A DNA stretch of 64,000 bases from Centroscyllium fabricii (Eukaryota), in assembly GCA_051313645.2 (NCBI GenBank), contig JBNRSN020000003.1, positions 530,038,001 to 530,102,000 on the forward strand. The letters are read 5' to 3'. Below, one piece after another: positions 23,448 to 36,900 of this stretch. Positions within the stretch are counted from its first letter, which is position 1; each line of letters begins with the position of its first letter. The position numbers and the translations under genes are program-made. The notes under the pieces are model-generated. The model saw nothing but the letters and a program-made list of their open reading frames with translations. It did not search any database and was not told where the DNA came from.

Positions 23448-23594
23448 TTGGCTTTTGTTATGAAGTTATATGTGTCATTCCAATATGCCAGTAGGTCTGT
23501 AGTATCCTCATCAAAGACCCGTATATTGTGATAGCAGAACAATCCCGGAAAGAAGTTATCTATTTCTCTGGTTACATTTAAGATGTACCCAACA
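23448..23594 (-). CDS. SSH1: Slingshot exon (147 nt; VGYILNVTREIDNFFPGLFCYHNIRVFDEDTTDLLAYWNDTYNFITKAK)
   Basis: Manual translation, AG/GT boundaries, consistent phase. Confidence 0.96.
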
Positions 23595-23685
23595 CTGTAA
23601 GAGACCAGAAAAATTGTGTTGAGAGATTTCTTAATTTTTTTTACAATCTTAATGAAGGATTACCCGCAAGTGATTGTACTTAGTA

Positions 23686-23916
23686 AACATAGAAGATAGG
23701 AGCAGGAGTAGGCCATTCGGCCCCTCGAGCCTGCTCCACCATTCAATGAGATCATGGCTGATCATCCAAATTCAGTACCCCGCCCCTGCCCTCTCCCCAT
23801 ATCCCTTGATTCCTTTAGCCTTAAGAAATATATCCAACTCCTTCTTGAATATATTTAATGAATTGGCCTCTATGGCCTTGTGTGGTAGAGAATGCCACAG
23901 GTTCACCACTCTCTGG
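23686..23916 (-). mobile_element. CR1 3' tail fragment (similar short tails at about 22401-22530 and 40587-40766)
   Basis: CR1 3'UTR (GGAGCAGGAGTAGGCCATTCGGCCCCTCGAGCC) and the end of ORF2. Confidence 0.8.
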
Positions 23917-24562
23917 GACATCCTGAGGACATGATACAACGCTACATAAACACAAGTTCATTTTCGGGAGAAAAGTTAAACCGGCAGAGAATGATATCAA
24001 ACAAGGCTGCAACTACATGTTTAGAGATATTGGTTCCTTGTCCTGACAAATGTCCCATTTTCCTGATGTGGAAATGGGTAAAGGCACCACGCAGTGTTGT
24101 ACTCAGAAAGCTGGGACCTTCTGCTCCACATTGACTAAGTTAGCTAATCTCAGTTGGGACGGCTGCTTGGGGTCCTACAATTGACCTCAAACATCCTATA
24201 CTAGAGAGGAAAGAAAAAAATATCCAGAGTTCCCACGAAGAGTATATAAATTAAAATATATAAATAAATATATATATATAAATAAATATAAATAAATATA
24301 TACATAGAGGCTGCCTGTGATACCTTTCATAGTCAAAAAACTTGCTATCACTCACTTTCTGGTCTCACATGAAGGATATCACGAGCAAATGTAAAGGTTA
24401 TGATCGCCCATATTAGTAATGTGCAGGGTCTGTTGTCACCGATTCCCCTTTCCTTTTGTAATGTCAGTTGACAGAACGATACTTAGTTTTGTGAGCTGAT
24501 GGTAGTAATTGGAGAAAAAGTGAAATATTAAAAACATACTGTACTAATGATTTTGTCCTTAC

Positions 24563-24609
24563 CCTGCAGCCTGAAGCTCTTCCAAGTTTGAAGCATTCCA
24601 CTCTGAACC
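24563..24609 (-). CDS. SSH1: Slingshot exon (47 nt; GSEWNASNLEELQAAG)
   Basis: Manual translation, AG/GT boundaries. Confidence 0.95.
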
Positions 24610-25298
24610 CTAAAACGGCAATGAATACAATCATTCTCTGGTATACAAAAATTATTTTCCAGATTAGAAAACGGGCCTTTAAATATTGTAAACTTCCCGA
24701 TGCGAGTCAAACACTTACTTTGCAGTAGAAATACCAAAAGACTCTGCTATTTAAGTTGCACCCCAATATTCAGGGAGCAAATTTTACCGTGCAAACATCC
24801 GACTCATTAGTGTTAGAAAAATACTTCGACTCAGGTTTTATTGTATTAAGGTATTCACCAAACCTGCATCCAACTGCAACTGAACCAACTTAAAATTCAG
24901 TTATGGGACTGGTAGAATTTAAATATACTATTTTAGAAACATTTGTTGCGTTACAGATAATCCAAACTGAGCCAGTGTCAGTGTAAAATTATGGTTAAAA
25001 ATACTTAAATATATAGACATTGCTTGTTATATCTAGACACACAGACTGTCTTCACATGTAAAATAATTCAAACGTCCCAAGAGTTCTCAATTGCTGAACA
25101 TTGAGTGCCTCCTTGTGGCAATGTTTGTTTTTTCATTGATCAGCTGTGGAAAATGTTAGCATGCTACCCTGGTACTCTTGGAAAAAGTTAGTTTGAGGGT
25201 TTAAAGGCAAATCCCTTTTTCTCTGCTCAATATTCTGGGGCGAGTGGCCCGGCAAATGACTTTCTCCAAGGTCTCTCAACAACAACAACTTGCATTTA

Positions 25299-26847
25299 TT
25301 CTTCTCTTAGGCAGTCCCTCGGAACCGAGGATGACTTGCTTCCACATTAAAAATTTGTTCTCAGGTGACTGACGAGTCCAATGCGGGACCTATAGTCTCT
25401 GTCACAGGTGGGGTAGACGATGGTTGAAGGGGCAGGGGGGTGGGGTGCTTGGGTTGATGTGCGCCCCTTCCGCTGTATGCGCTTGCTCCCGGCGTTAGGC
25501 ACCTTCCCAGATGCTTCTCCTCCACTTTGTGCGGTCTTGGGTCAGGAATTCCCAGGTGTCGGTGGGGATATTACACTTTTTCCAAGGAGGCTTTGAGGGT
25601 GTCCTTGAAGCATTTCCTCTGCCCACCTGGGGCTCTCTTGCCGTGTCGGAGCTCACAGTAGAGCGCTTGTTTTGGGAGTCTTTTATCGGGCATGCGGACA
25701 ATGTGGCCCATCCAACGGAGCCGATTGAGCGTGGTCAAAGCTTCGATGCTGGAGATGTTGGCCTGAGTGAGAACACTGACGTTGCTGCGCCTATCCTGCC
25801 AATGGATTTGCAGGATCTTGTGGAGGCAGCTTTGGTGGCACCTCTCCAGTGCTTTGAGGTGCCTACTGTACATGGTCCATGACTCTGAGGCAAAAAGGAG
25901 GGCGGGTATCACTGCTGCTCTGTAGACCATGAGCTTGGTGCTGGATTTGAGGTCCTGGTCTTCAAACACTCTCTTCCTCAGGCGACCGAAGGCTGCACTG
26001 GCACACTGAAGGCGGTGTTGGACTTCGTCATTGACATCTGCCCTTGTTGACATTAGGCTCTTGAGGTATGGAAAGTGGTCCATGTTGTCCAAGTCCTTGT
26101 CATGGATTTTGATAATTGGGGAGTAGGACTATATGGCGGGGGCAGATTGGTAGAGGACCTTTGTCTTACGGATGTTTAGTGTAAGGTCTATGCTCTCGTA
26201 CGCTTCGGTGAAAGTGTTGACGATGGTTTGGAGTTCGGCCTCAGATTGTACGCAGACGCAACCATTGTCTGCATACTGTAATTTGATGACAGATGATGGG
26301 ACGACCTTGGATTTGGACTGGAGGTGACGGAGGTTGAACAGTTTCCCATTTGTCCTGTAGATTAGCTCCACTCCAGCGGGGAGCTTACTGAGGGTGAGTT
26401 GGAGCATTGCAGCAAGGAAGATCGAGAAGAGCGTTGGTGCGATGACACAGCCTTGCTTGACTCCAGTCCGTACGTGAATTGGGGCTGTGGTGGATCCATT
26501 GGTTAGGATCACGGCTTGCATGTCGTTGTGAAGCAGGTGGAGGATGGTGACAACTTTTGAGGGTAGCCGAATTTGACGGTTGATGGTGTCGAAGGCCTTT
26601 GTGAGGTCAAAGAAGGCCATGTACAGCAGTTGGTGCTGTTCCCTGCATTTCTCTTGTAGTTGATGTGCGGTGAAGATCATGTCCATTGTGCACTTTAGTA
26701 GGCGGAATCCGCATTGCGACTCTGGAAGGAGCTCTTCAGCCACTGGGAGAAGGAAATTGAGGAGGATTGTTGCGATGATTTTCCCTGTGGCAGACAGCAG
26801 GGAGATTCCTCTGTAATTACCGCAATCGGACTAGTCACCTTTCTTGA
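25299..26847 (-). mobile_element. RTE-clade LINE, 5'-truncated and disrupted
   Basis: LPESQCGFR, QLQEKCREQ, FFDLTKAFD, GVKQGCVIAP, RLRWMGHIVRMPDKRLPKQ. Confidence 0.9.
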
Positions 26848-26863
26848 ATATAACGCTTTAATA

Positions 26864-27476
26864 CAGGTTGTGCACCATTAATCCGCCACGGGCGGGACCA
26901 GGCCCGTGCCAGGAAACTGAAAAAACCGGGAGAACGAAGTTGGACACTGCGCATGTGCACCATTCAAAATGGCCACGCGCATGCACACAACATTGGGAAT
27001 GGCTGGCGCGCGTATGCGCAGATCAACCAATAATGGCCGCCGCAAAGTTTTTTTGAGGGGCTCAGGCTTGTGTGGCGTTCCGTTTGCCTTTTAGGGCTGT
27101 TGGGCAGCAGTGAAAGGCCGGTCTTGCAGGGGGGGGGGGAAGGAGGGTTGTGCGGGCGCGGGTCGGGCCCAGTAGGTCCGCCTTCCTTCTCCATCGCCTT
27201 TCGGGTTGCTGCTGCCGCCGAGCCGGACTCAGGCTGACAGCTGTTGCCTAGTGACTGTCCGCCTCAGTCACGGGGCTCAGCTGTCGAGAAAATAACCGGC
27301 GGCCGTTTTGAATGATCTGCGCATGCGCTCGCCGTTCAGCGGCGCATGCGCAGATTATTCGCCGAAGCCGCGATGGCGGCTGCCATCTTGCGCATGCGCA
27401 GTGCAGTCGGGGCAATTTGTGCCGGCAGACTGAAGCTGCCGGCTTTTCGGGACACGGATTTTCGGTGCACAACCTG
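26864..27476. mobile_element. Tc1/mariner-type MITE (inverted relative to 12360-13033)
   Basis: TIR CAGGTTGTGCACC, TA flanks. Confidence 0.88.
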
Positions 27477-28553
27477 TATAGTAAAACATCCCAAGGCGCT
27501 TCAGGGGAGCGTTATCAAACAAAATGTTAAACACCGAGCCACATAAGGAGATATTAGAGCAGAAAGAGGTCGGTTTTAAGCCGCATCTTAATGGGAGAAA
27601 GAGAGGTGGAGGTGTTTAGGGAGGGAATTCAAGAGCTTCGGGCCCCGGCAGCCGAAGGTACAGCCGTCAATGGCGGAGCGATTAAAACGTCCTGTCAGAG
27701 GGGTACGAGAGCCATGCAGGCTTGTTCTCTGCAACACTTTCCCTTGCCTCCATATGGAGAAGCACGTCATCTCAGTCATCTTGCTCAGGTAAGATGAGCA
27801 ACTTCAGTGTCCTGCAACTTTATGGTGCAGTAAGTCTCCCCTACTTGCAGGGCCACTGATTAGTTCGATTTGAGCTTTTCTGCACACTGTTAATTTCTAA
27901 TTATCCAGTATAAATTGCCACATCGTGAAATTTTCCAGAAATAGTTTATTAGAGATTCAGAACAGGGTTTACGTTAAACCTACTCACACCACCTAAATGT
28001 AATCCCAAAGGACCAACTTCATATTACAAAATGTTTTTGAACACACATCACATTCTTGGCTAGCATATTAGAGTATCTGGAATTACTGGGATAGCAAACC
28101 TCCAGCTGAATACAAGACATATTTTATTTAAACATATCACACAAATTAATTAGCCTATCTTGCACAACAGTAATTTATGGGCAGCTATCAGAACACAGAT
28201 GTAATCCATCCACTAAGTCCATATAAATTACTTGCAAAAATACACCAGCCATAATTGTACTTCGAACAGACAAGAAAATGCTTCTTGACTTAATTTGGTA
28301 TTAGCTGTCGCTGTTGAGCCAAACTGCAGAAGTTAACTGGCACCTATTACTGCAACACCTTTCCTGGCATTTCAAAACAAACTCTTGATGGAACATTACA
28401 TGTGCATGCTCAGTTGGCACCAGCAACTATCGTGTACAAATACACTAAATGATAACGAACAAGTATACTATGTGCAGGGCTCTACTTCTGTGTATGCTAA
28501 CCTTGCTTGAGGCACGAGGTGGAGGTGCCGGTATTGGACTGGGTCTCTCTCTT

Positions 28554-28591
28554 TCACCTGACGAAGGGGCAAAAGCTCCGAAAGCTTGTGA
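28554..28591 (+). ncRNA. Minimal type I hammerhead ribozyme in a short Penelope-derived repeat (about 28544-28639)
   Basis: UCAC-CUGACGA-A-GGGGC(AAAA)GCUCC-GAA-AGCU-U-GUGA: intact core, 5-bp stem II, 4-bp stem I, palindromic stem III. Confidence 0.8.
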
Positions 28592-29049
28592 TTTAAAATA
28601 AAACTGTTGGACTATAATCTGGTGTTGTGTGACTTCTTGTATTTGAGGCACATGAGAGCACTGGTGGATTCATTCCACTTTCCCTGCAGACAGCATCTGA
28701 CCCCACTCGATGTCTTCCCACCGATAGAAACGTACCCACTGGGAATTGTGGGAAATCGGTGTCCTTTGCCCTGATTATATGTGGAGGTTTATTAGCTCAC
28801 GGTAGCTGTTTATGCCTTGTGCACTGGGCATTTCAATACTTGTTGCATTATTTTCAGTCGTATTTTATTTGGCTAATGATTTTCTCCTCTCCTGGAGGCA
28901 CTGAATTATACTGGGTATGATCCATCTGCTGTTAGATCATAGGAGGGGAATCACAGCCAAGCCTGATCTTATCCCTCACCTCATCCAACATCCGTACAAG
29001 CAGACTTTCCAGCGCGTCACTGGATAATGATCAGGAGTGGGAACCTTAG

Positions 29050-30050
29050 CTGAAAATAGAACCAGCCTCCCCACCTACCTGTACTTTCCAGCCACATGTC
29101 CCACCCAAATCACCAGTGACAATGTGGCATGTATCAACAAGTTACACTTTGCTCTCTGCTCTAGTACCTTCTTCTGCTTCAAGCACCTCACCTTGTTTAT
29201 CCCTCTTGCCTCTCCTTGAAAATTCTCACTGTCTACTGCACCGCCAAGCCCCACTCGAGGTTCTTCCCAAGATGTGCATTCCTTTCTCAGCATCAACTCT
29301 GAGCGACTTCTCATCCTTGATGTCTTCAATCTCCAGCTCAGCTCTCCTTGTCCCTTCTCGTCTAAATTCACTGGCCCGGTTGTCCATAATACTCTCCCTT
29401 CATATAAACTCTCCTACCCATATTCACAGTCATTTCTGACCACTTCCTTGTATCCCTCACCAGCTACATCCCGCCCTAGTCCCAAAAGCATCTCTCTCTT
29501 CCGTTTCTCTCCCATCATTGCCCTCCCTGAGCTCATCTGGCCAGAAGAGTCACCGTGCCCTCCCTTGACGCCATTCCCATTAAACTGCTGACCAACCAAC
29601 TTAGCTTGCAGGCCATCGTGCTGGCTGACATTGTAAATGGTTCCCTCATCCAGTACTGTCCTCCACCTCCCACCCCCGCAAAAATCCAACCCTCGATCGC
29701 TCTGCCCTTGCAAACCAGCACCCCAACTCCAACGTTCTTTTCCTCTCCAAATCCTCTCCAATGAGTTGTTGCTGCCAAATCCATGTCCATCTTTCCTGAA
29801 ATCCCCGTTTGAAACTCTCCAATCAGGTTGCCATCTCACCGCAGCACCAAAACAGCCCTAACCAAAAATTACATCATCTATGACTGTAATCATGTCCAGT
29901 ATCCCTCCTCAACCTCTCCAGACTAGAGACAGTTGACCACATCATCTTCCTCTAAAGTCTCTCTTCCATTGTCCTGCAGAATAAGATGGCACTCTCTTGG
30001 TTTCATTCTTAGCTGTCCGATGGTAGCCACAGCATCTCCAGAAATGGCTT
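29050..30050 (+). mobile_element. Old, highly degenerate L2-like LINE fragment
   Basis: Pyrimidine-rich remnants such as CCCTTGACGCCATTCCCATTAAACTGCTG and TTTGAAACTCTCCAATCAGG; no intact ORF. Boundaries approximate. Confidence 0.5.
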
Positions 30051-30057
30051 CTCTTTC

Positions 30058-31489
30058 TTAAAAAAATATGTTTATGGGATGTGGGCGTCGCTGGCAAAGC
30101 CAGCATGTATTGCCCATCCCTAATTGCCCTCAAGAAGGTGGTGGTGTGCCACCTTCTTGAACTGCTGCAGTCCATGTGGTGAAGGTACTCCCACAGTGCT
30201 GATAGGGAGGGAGTTTAAGGATTTTGACCCAGTGACGATAAAGGATCGGCGATATACTTCTAAGTCAGGATGATGTGTGATTTGGAGTGGAACTTGGAGG
30301 TGGTGGTGTTCCCATGCAGCTGCTGCCCTTGTCCTTCTAGGTGGAAGAGGTCGCGGGTTTGGGAGGTGCTGCCGAAGAAGCCTTGGCGAGTTGCTGCAGT
30401 GCATCTTGTAGATGGTACACACTGCAGCCACGTTACACTGGTGGTGGAGGGAGTGAATGTGGTGGATGGAGTGCTAATCAAGCAGGCTGCTTTGTCCTGG
30501 ATGGTGTCGAGCTTCATAAATGTTGTTGGAGCTGCACTCATCCAGGCAAGTGGAGAGTATTCCATCACACTCCTTGTAGATGGTGGAAAGGCTTTGGGGA
30601 GTCAGGAGGTGAGACACTGGCCACAGAATACCTAGCCTCTGACCTGCTCTTGTTGTATTTACGTGGCTGGTCCAGTTAAGTTTCTGGTCAATGGTGTCTC
30701 CCCAGGATATTGATGGTAGGGGATTTGGTAATGGTAATGCCATTGAATGTCAAGGGGAGGTAGTTAGACTCTCGCTTGTTGAAGACAGTCATTGCCTGGC
30801 ACTTCTGTGGCACAAATGTTACCTGCCACTTATCAGCCCAAGTCTGAACATCATCCAGGTCTTGTTGCATGCAGGCATGGACTGCTTCATCATCTGAGGA
30901 GTTGTGAATGGCACTGAACACTGCAGTCATCATCAAACATCCCCATTTCTGACCTTATGTTGGAGGGAAAGTCATTGATGAAGCAGCTGAAGATGGTTGG
31001 GCCTAGAACACTGCCCTGAGGAACTCTGCAGCGATGTTCTGGGACTGTGATGATTGACCTTCAATCACCACAACCATCTTCCTTTGTGCTAGGTATGACT
31101 CCAGCCTGTCAAGTGTCCCGTCCCCCCCCCACCGATTCCCATTCACTTCAGTTTTACGAGCGCTCCTTGATGCCACACTCAGTCAAATACTGCCTTGATG
31201 TCAAGGGCAGTCACTCTCACCTCACCACTGGAATTCAGCTCCTTTGTCCATATTTGGAACAAGGCTGTAATGAGATCTGGAGCAGAGTGGTCTTGGTGGA
31301 ACCCAAACTGGGCATCAGCGAGCAGGATTTTGGTGAGTAAGTGCTGCTTGATAGCACTGTCGATGACATCTTCCATCACTTTGCTGATGATTGAGAGTAG
31401 ACTGATGGAGTGGTAATTGGCCGGGTTGGATTTGTCCTGCTTTTTGTGGACAGGACATACCTGGGCAGTTTTCCACATTGTCGGATAGA
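30058..31489 (-). mobile_element. CR1-group LINE (family distinct from the avian-type CR1 copies), 5'-truncated
   Basis: WKTAQVCPVHKKQDKSNPANY...ALDIKAVFD; homologous to 49783-51514. Confidence 0.85.
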
Positions 31490-31496
31490 TTCTCTT

Positions 31497-31534
31497 TCGC
31501 CTGACGAAGGGGCAGACGCTCCGAAAGCTTGTGA
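31497..31534 (+). ncRNA. Minimal hammerhead ribozyme, second copy (repeat about 31491-31582)
   Basis: UCGC-CUGACGA-A-GGGGC(AGAC)GCUCC-GAA-AGCU-U-GUGA. Confidence 0.8.
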
Positions 31535-32613
31535 TTTAAAATAAAACTGTTGGACTATAACCTGGTGTTGTGTGACTTCTTGCATCATGCCATAATATAG
31601 TTGCCATTTGACGAGTGACAAGACATTTGATAGCATTGACAAAATGTTATCCATTGTTTCAACACAAATACGTTTACTTAATGATACTAGTAATTTGCAA
31701 AGATCACTGGAAGGGATTCATTTTCTTTAACTGCCTCACTGTAACACATCTCAATTCTTCAGAGATCAAAAAATGGAAATCATAAGAATTTGAACTAAAG
31801 AAAATGCTGGAAATACACAGTTCAGTGGATCAACATATGAGTCAGAAATATGGCAGACTAGTATTTCGGGTGAGCCTTGAATCACTAATCTGCTTTTCTC
31901 GTTCCAATGGTGACTGACCTGTCTGTATTCCAGTATTTTCTGCTTTTATCAATTATTCTTTGAAGTTTTTAACCAAGCTAAAATTAGGCATCAGAAGCTG
32001 CAGATTTGACTCTCGTGTTAGGACCCCCGACCCCCACCCATCACACGCTCGTTGCCAATGCCCCTTCACCTTAATCAGATCGGGTGCTGATTTTTTGGGG
32101 GGAAAGGTTGCCGCATGAGTTTCCCAGTTTGTTTTGATCCAAATATCTCATCATTTTATAATGCTCTAGTGTTCACGAAAAATAAAACATCTGCTAGACA
32201 CTAATGAGTACTGACGGAGGTGTACAAAAAACCCTTATGTTGCATGCGTTTATATTAATTACAATCAGTAATTCCATGGGAATACGTGACACTAGATGGG
32301 GGTATGCCAGACAGGAAACTGGAAAAGATGGCAGTGAGCAAGGGTACCCAACAACTGATGGGACATGCATATATATTTTGGGAGGAGGGTAGCAGCACAC
32401 ATGCCACATAATGGGACACAAACACACACTTAAATCGGGAGGGGGCAGAGATGCATGCCCAACAAAAATCAGCTGTATTTTTTCATAAAAATCAAACATA
32501 CCCTCCTCTAAAACCGCAGTTTTCCATTTTGCATGAATACACTGGTGTTAAAAATTCTCATAACATTCCCTGTAAGTAAACTAATCTGCAGAATAGTAAT
32601 ATGAAAACATTAC

Positions 32614-32742
32614 CAGATAAAGATGATCAAATATTAGAGAAGCTTTGTCCATTTGTCCTAAAATGATCAGCATTTCATTATCAATAAATCCTTTGTACTC
32701 TTTCAGATTACAGTTCATCTGTTGCTCCAACTCATTACGAAT
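32614..32742 (-). CDS. SSH1: Slingshot exon (129 nt; IRNELEQQMNCNLKEYKGFIDNEMLIILGQMDKASLIFDHLYL)
   Basis: Translation resembles SSH1 (IRNELEKQMNCNLKE); AG/GT boundaries. Confidence 0.96.
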
Positions 32743-33975
32743 CTGTAAACAAAAAATGTTCAGTAGCATACATGATGCAATAATTATTTACACATCTTTT
32801 TAACAAGTTTTTTTTGGTCCCTATTTTCTCACCTCCTAGCTCAATGGCACTGACTCTTCTTGGGATATGATGACGTGGGCGGTGACAGTTCTCTGGTGGC
32901 TCATTCAAGTAACAAACCTTTTGTGTATGAATGTCGAGCAATCTACTTGACTCAATTAAGCCCAATATGGCCTTCACCAGACATCCAAGTGTGCACTTTC
33001 CAGCAGGGGTCACTGGACCATGATCAGGTTGGGGAATCTGATTTTTTTCCTCCCTGTCCTAGCTTAGAGCACCGAGGCAAACTGCAATACCTAACCGCTG
33101 CTCCAGCCCAGGTCAACTAACAGCACAGGCCAGAAATTAGACTTGGATCTTTATGTCTATGTATAAAATGGATGGTGCCACAACACACCAGGCCATCAGA
33201 TGAACTATGCACAGGCTTTTAAAAGCCAGTAAAATATGTATTCTCTGTTCCAACTCTTAATTTGTTCTTCCCCTAGAACCGAGAAGGTGACCAAGGCAGC
33301 CCATTGTGTCTGCATCAGATCTTTGCTAGAGCAACCCAAATCAATCCCGTTACCATGCTCTCTCCTCGTAGCTCTGTAGTTTCCTCCATTTCAAATGTTA
33401 CCTACTCTTCTCTTAAAAGATGCAAGAATCTCTGCCTCAACGACACCATGTTGGAAAGCAATCCATGCTCCAACAAACCTTAGAAAAAATATTTTAACCT
33501 CGGATCTCACTCTCTCAATTTTAAATTTAATGCCCCTCGTCACTGACTGACTGCCCAACCAGAATAATTCGTTTTTGTCTCCTCCACAACAAAACTTCAT
33601 AATTTTAAAAACCCTGTTAAATCTCCTCTTCGTTTTGTCTACTCCAATGGAAATACTCCTGGTATCTCATGTCTCTCCTCATAACTCATTTCTCATCCTT
33701 GGTATTATCCTGGTAAATTTATACTGTACACTCTATGACTTTAATGTCCTTCCTACAAAGCTGTACACAGTATTCTAACTTGGCCTTGTAAAAATGTATT
33801 ACCTCTTTGCTAACTGGAAAACCCAAAATGCCATTGTCTTTTTTTATTGCTTTATTTACCTGCATCTTCAAGCAGATCACCTGCCAGTCCCCACCCAAGA
33901 GGGACAGTCAGGGAGCCTAATTCAAGCACCAACAGTGCTTTGTGACTGGGTTGCAAAGAGCTGAATAAGACTAGT

Positions 33976-36900
33976 TGACGTATCGTCAATATCTTCAATT
34001 AAAAGAGTCGACGAGTAGTTGCCGAAACTAAAGGCTTTTAATTGCAAAGAACGGAGCTACCCTCCAGAACGAACTACAGTACAGGAATGAAGGAGCCTCG
34101 GTCAGATCTCACCTATAACGGGGCCTCACCTGGGGGAGGAGTTGGAGGTGTGGCTGACCTGGCTCCCAACAGTGTCACAGTATACAGGGCTGTGCCTAAC
34201 ATCTGCACAGCCCATCATTAGCCATAATGGTACAGTGGTATAGTAGACATACAATGGTTACCACATTCACCCCTTCTTAAAAACTTTGAGTCCGGGAGGG
34301 GGTGAATGGGTCGAACAGTTCACGATAAGTCTGTCCGGCGGTTGTGTCTGCCTGGAGGACCGCCGGCGCTCCGGTGTTGGTGGTGGTGCCTCCTGGGTCG
34401 AATAGCCCGCATCTGCCAGCGCTGTGACTTCAGGTGGCGGTGGGCTCGGCTGGTCCCCGCCGTCCGGGTCGTAGTCGGGGAAACTCAGGGGCCATCGTGC
34501 GTCTGGTGGTTGATCGGCCTGCTGGCCGGCCGGGGGCTCTGCGGTGGTCCTTCCTGCGGGAGCCAGGTCCCTGATGGACACGGTGCCCTCACACCCGTCC
34601 GGGAACTGCACGAAGGCGTAGTGCGGGTTCGCGTGTAGGAGCTGTACCTTGTCCACCAGGGGGTCCGTCTTGTGGCTCCGGACATGCCTTCAAAGCAAAA
34701 CCGGCCCCGGAGTCGTCAGCCATGGAAGAAGAGCTGTCCCCGAAGTCGACCTCCTGTTAAAAGAGAAAATCAGATCGTGCGGGGTGGCGTTAGTGGCAGT
34801 ACATAACAGAGAGCGTGTAGAGTGCAGCGCGTCTGGGAGGACTGCCTGCCAATGGGACACCGGAAGGCCTCTGGACTTGAGAGCCAGGGTGACCGCCTTC
34901 CAGATAATCCCATTCTCCCTTTCTACCTGGCCGTTCCCCCGGGGGTTATAACTGGTCGTTCTGCTCGTGGCAACCCCTCTCTGGAGCAGAAACTGGCGCA
35001 GTTCATCGCTCATGAACGATGACCCCCAGTCGCTATGGATGTAGCTGGGGAGACCGAAAATGGCGAACAGCGCGGTGAAGTGTTTGATCACCGTTGCGCT
35101 CGTCATGTCTGGGCAGGGGAAGGCGAAGGGGAAGCGGGAGAACTCATCCACTACCGTGAGGAAGTATGAGTTGCGGTCGGTGGAAGGGAGGGGGCCTTTG
35201 AAGTCCACGCTGAGACGTTCAAAGGGGCGGGTGGCCTTAATGAGGTGCGCCGTGTCTGGCCGGAAAAAGTGGGGTTTGCACTCGGCGCAGACAGGGCACT
35301 CTCGGGTCATAGCCTTGATCTCCGTGATGGAGTAGGGGAGGCTACGAGATTTAACGAAATGGGCGAGTCTGGTGACACCCGGGTGGCAAAGGCGGTCGTG
35401 GAGGTCCTTCAGCCAGTCTAGCTGGGCACTGGCGCACGGTCCCCTGGACAGTGCATCCGGGGGTTCGTTGAGTTTGCCTGGTCGGTAAAGAATGTCGTAC
35501 TCGTAAGTCGAGAGTTCGATCCGCCACCGCAGGATCTTATCATTCTTGATTTTACCCCGCTGTTTATTAAACATAAACGCTACCGACCGTTGGTCGGTGA
35601 GCAGGGTAAAACGCTTACCGGCCAGGTAATGACGCCAGTAGCGCACGGCCTCCTTTTCCACTGCTGAGTGGCGAGTTTCGGGTCCCTGTAAGGTGCGGGA
35701 GAAAAACGCTACGGGCCTGCCTGCCTGATTCAGGGTGGCAGCAAGGGCAAAGTCCGAAGCGTCGCTCTCCACCTGGAAAGGGATGGATTCATCAACAGCG
35801 AGCATGGTCGCCTTGATAATATCTTCCTTTATCCTTGCGAATGCCGTTTGGGCTTCTACAGAAAAGGGGGAAGACGGAAGCCTTGAGGAGTGGTCTAGCC
35901 TTATCTGTGAACTGTGGGACCCATTGTGCATAATAGGAGAAAAATCCTAGGCATCTCCTCAAGGCTTTGGGGTTGTGAGGAAGGGGCAGTTCTTGCAGGG
36001 GTCGCATACGCTGTGGGTCGGGGCCGAGGAGCCCGTTCTCCACCACGTATCCGAGGATGGCGAGCAGGTCTGTATTAAAGACACATTTGTCCTTGTTATA
36101 CGTAAGGTCCAGCTTGTCCGCCGTGGCGAGGAATTTGGCCAGATTGGCATCGTGGTCCTGCTGGTCGTGGCCGCAGATGGTCACGTTGTCCAGGTAAGGG
36201 AAAGTGGCCTGCAAGTCGTTTTGGTCAACCATACGGTCCATCTCTCGTTGGAACACTGACACTCCGTTGGTCACGCCAAAGGGGACCCGGAGGAAGTGGT
36301 AGAGCCGACCGTTCGCCTCGAAGGCGGTGTAGGGGCGGTCGGCTTTCCGAATCGGGAGCTGATGATACGCCGATTTAAGGTCGATCGTGGAGAACACCTT
36401 GTACTGGGCGATCTGATTGACCATTTCCGAGATGCGGGGAAGGGGGTAGGCGTCGAGCCCGGTGTAGCGGTTGATAGTCTGGCTGTAATCGATAACCAGC
36501 CGCTGTTTTTCGCCAGACTTCACCACTACAACTTGGGCGCGCCAGGGGCTGGTGCTGGCTTCAATTATTCCCTCCTTCAGCATCCGCCCGACCTCCGACC
36601 TGATAAACGTGCGATCCCCCTCACTGTACCGCCGACTCTTAGTGGCAATGGGTTTGCACTTCGGATCGAGGTTGGCGAACAGCGAGGGGGGGTCGATTTT
36701 CAGGGTGGAGAGGCCGCAGGCCGGGCTCCGCTTTGGGGGGAGATTGTCCCGGCTACTGATGGTGAGGGGGGGTAAGGTCCCGCCGAACTCCATTGTCACG
36801 CTCCTGAAGTGGCACTGGAAATCCAAACCTAGTAAGGCTGGGGCACACAACTGTTGGAGGGTATACAATTTAAAATTACGGTACACGCGCCCCTTGACGG

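Noticed and set aside
24243-24304. AT-rich tract
   Set aside because: Simple low-complexity (TA/TAAA)n sequence with no further structure.
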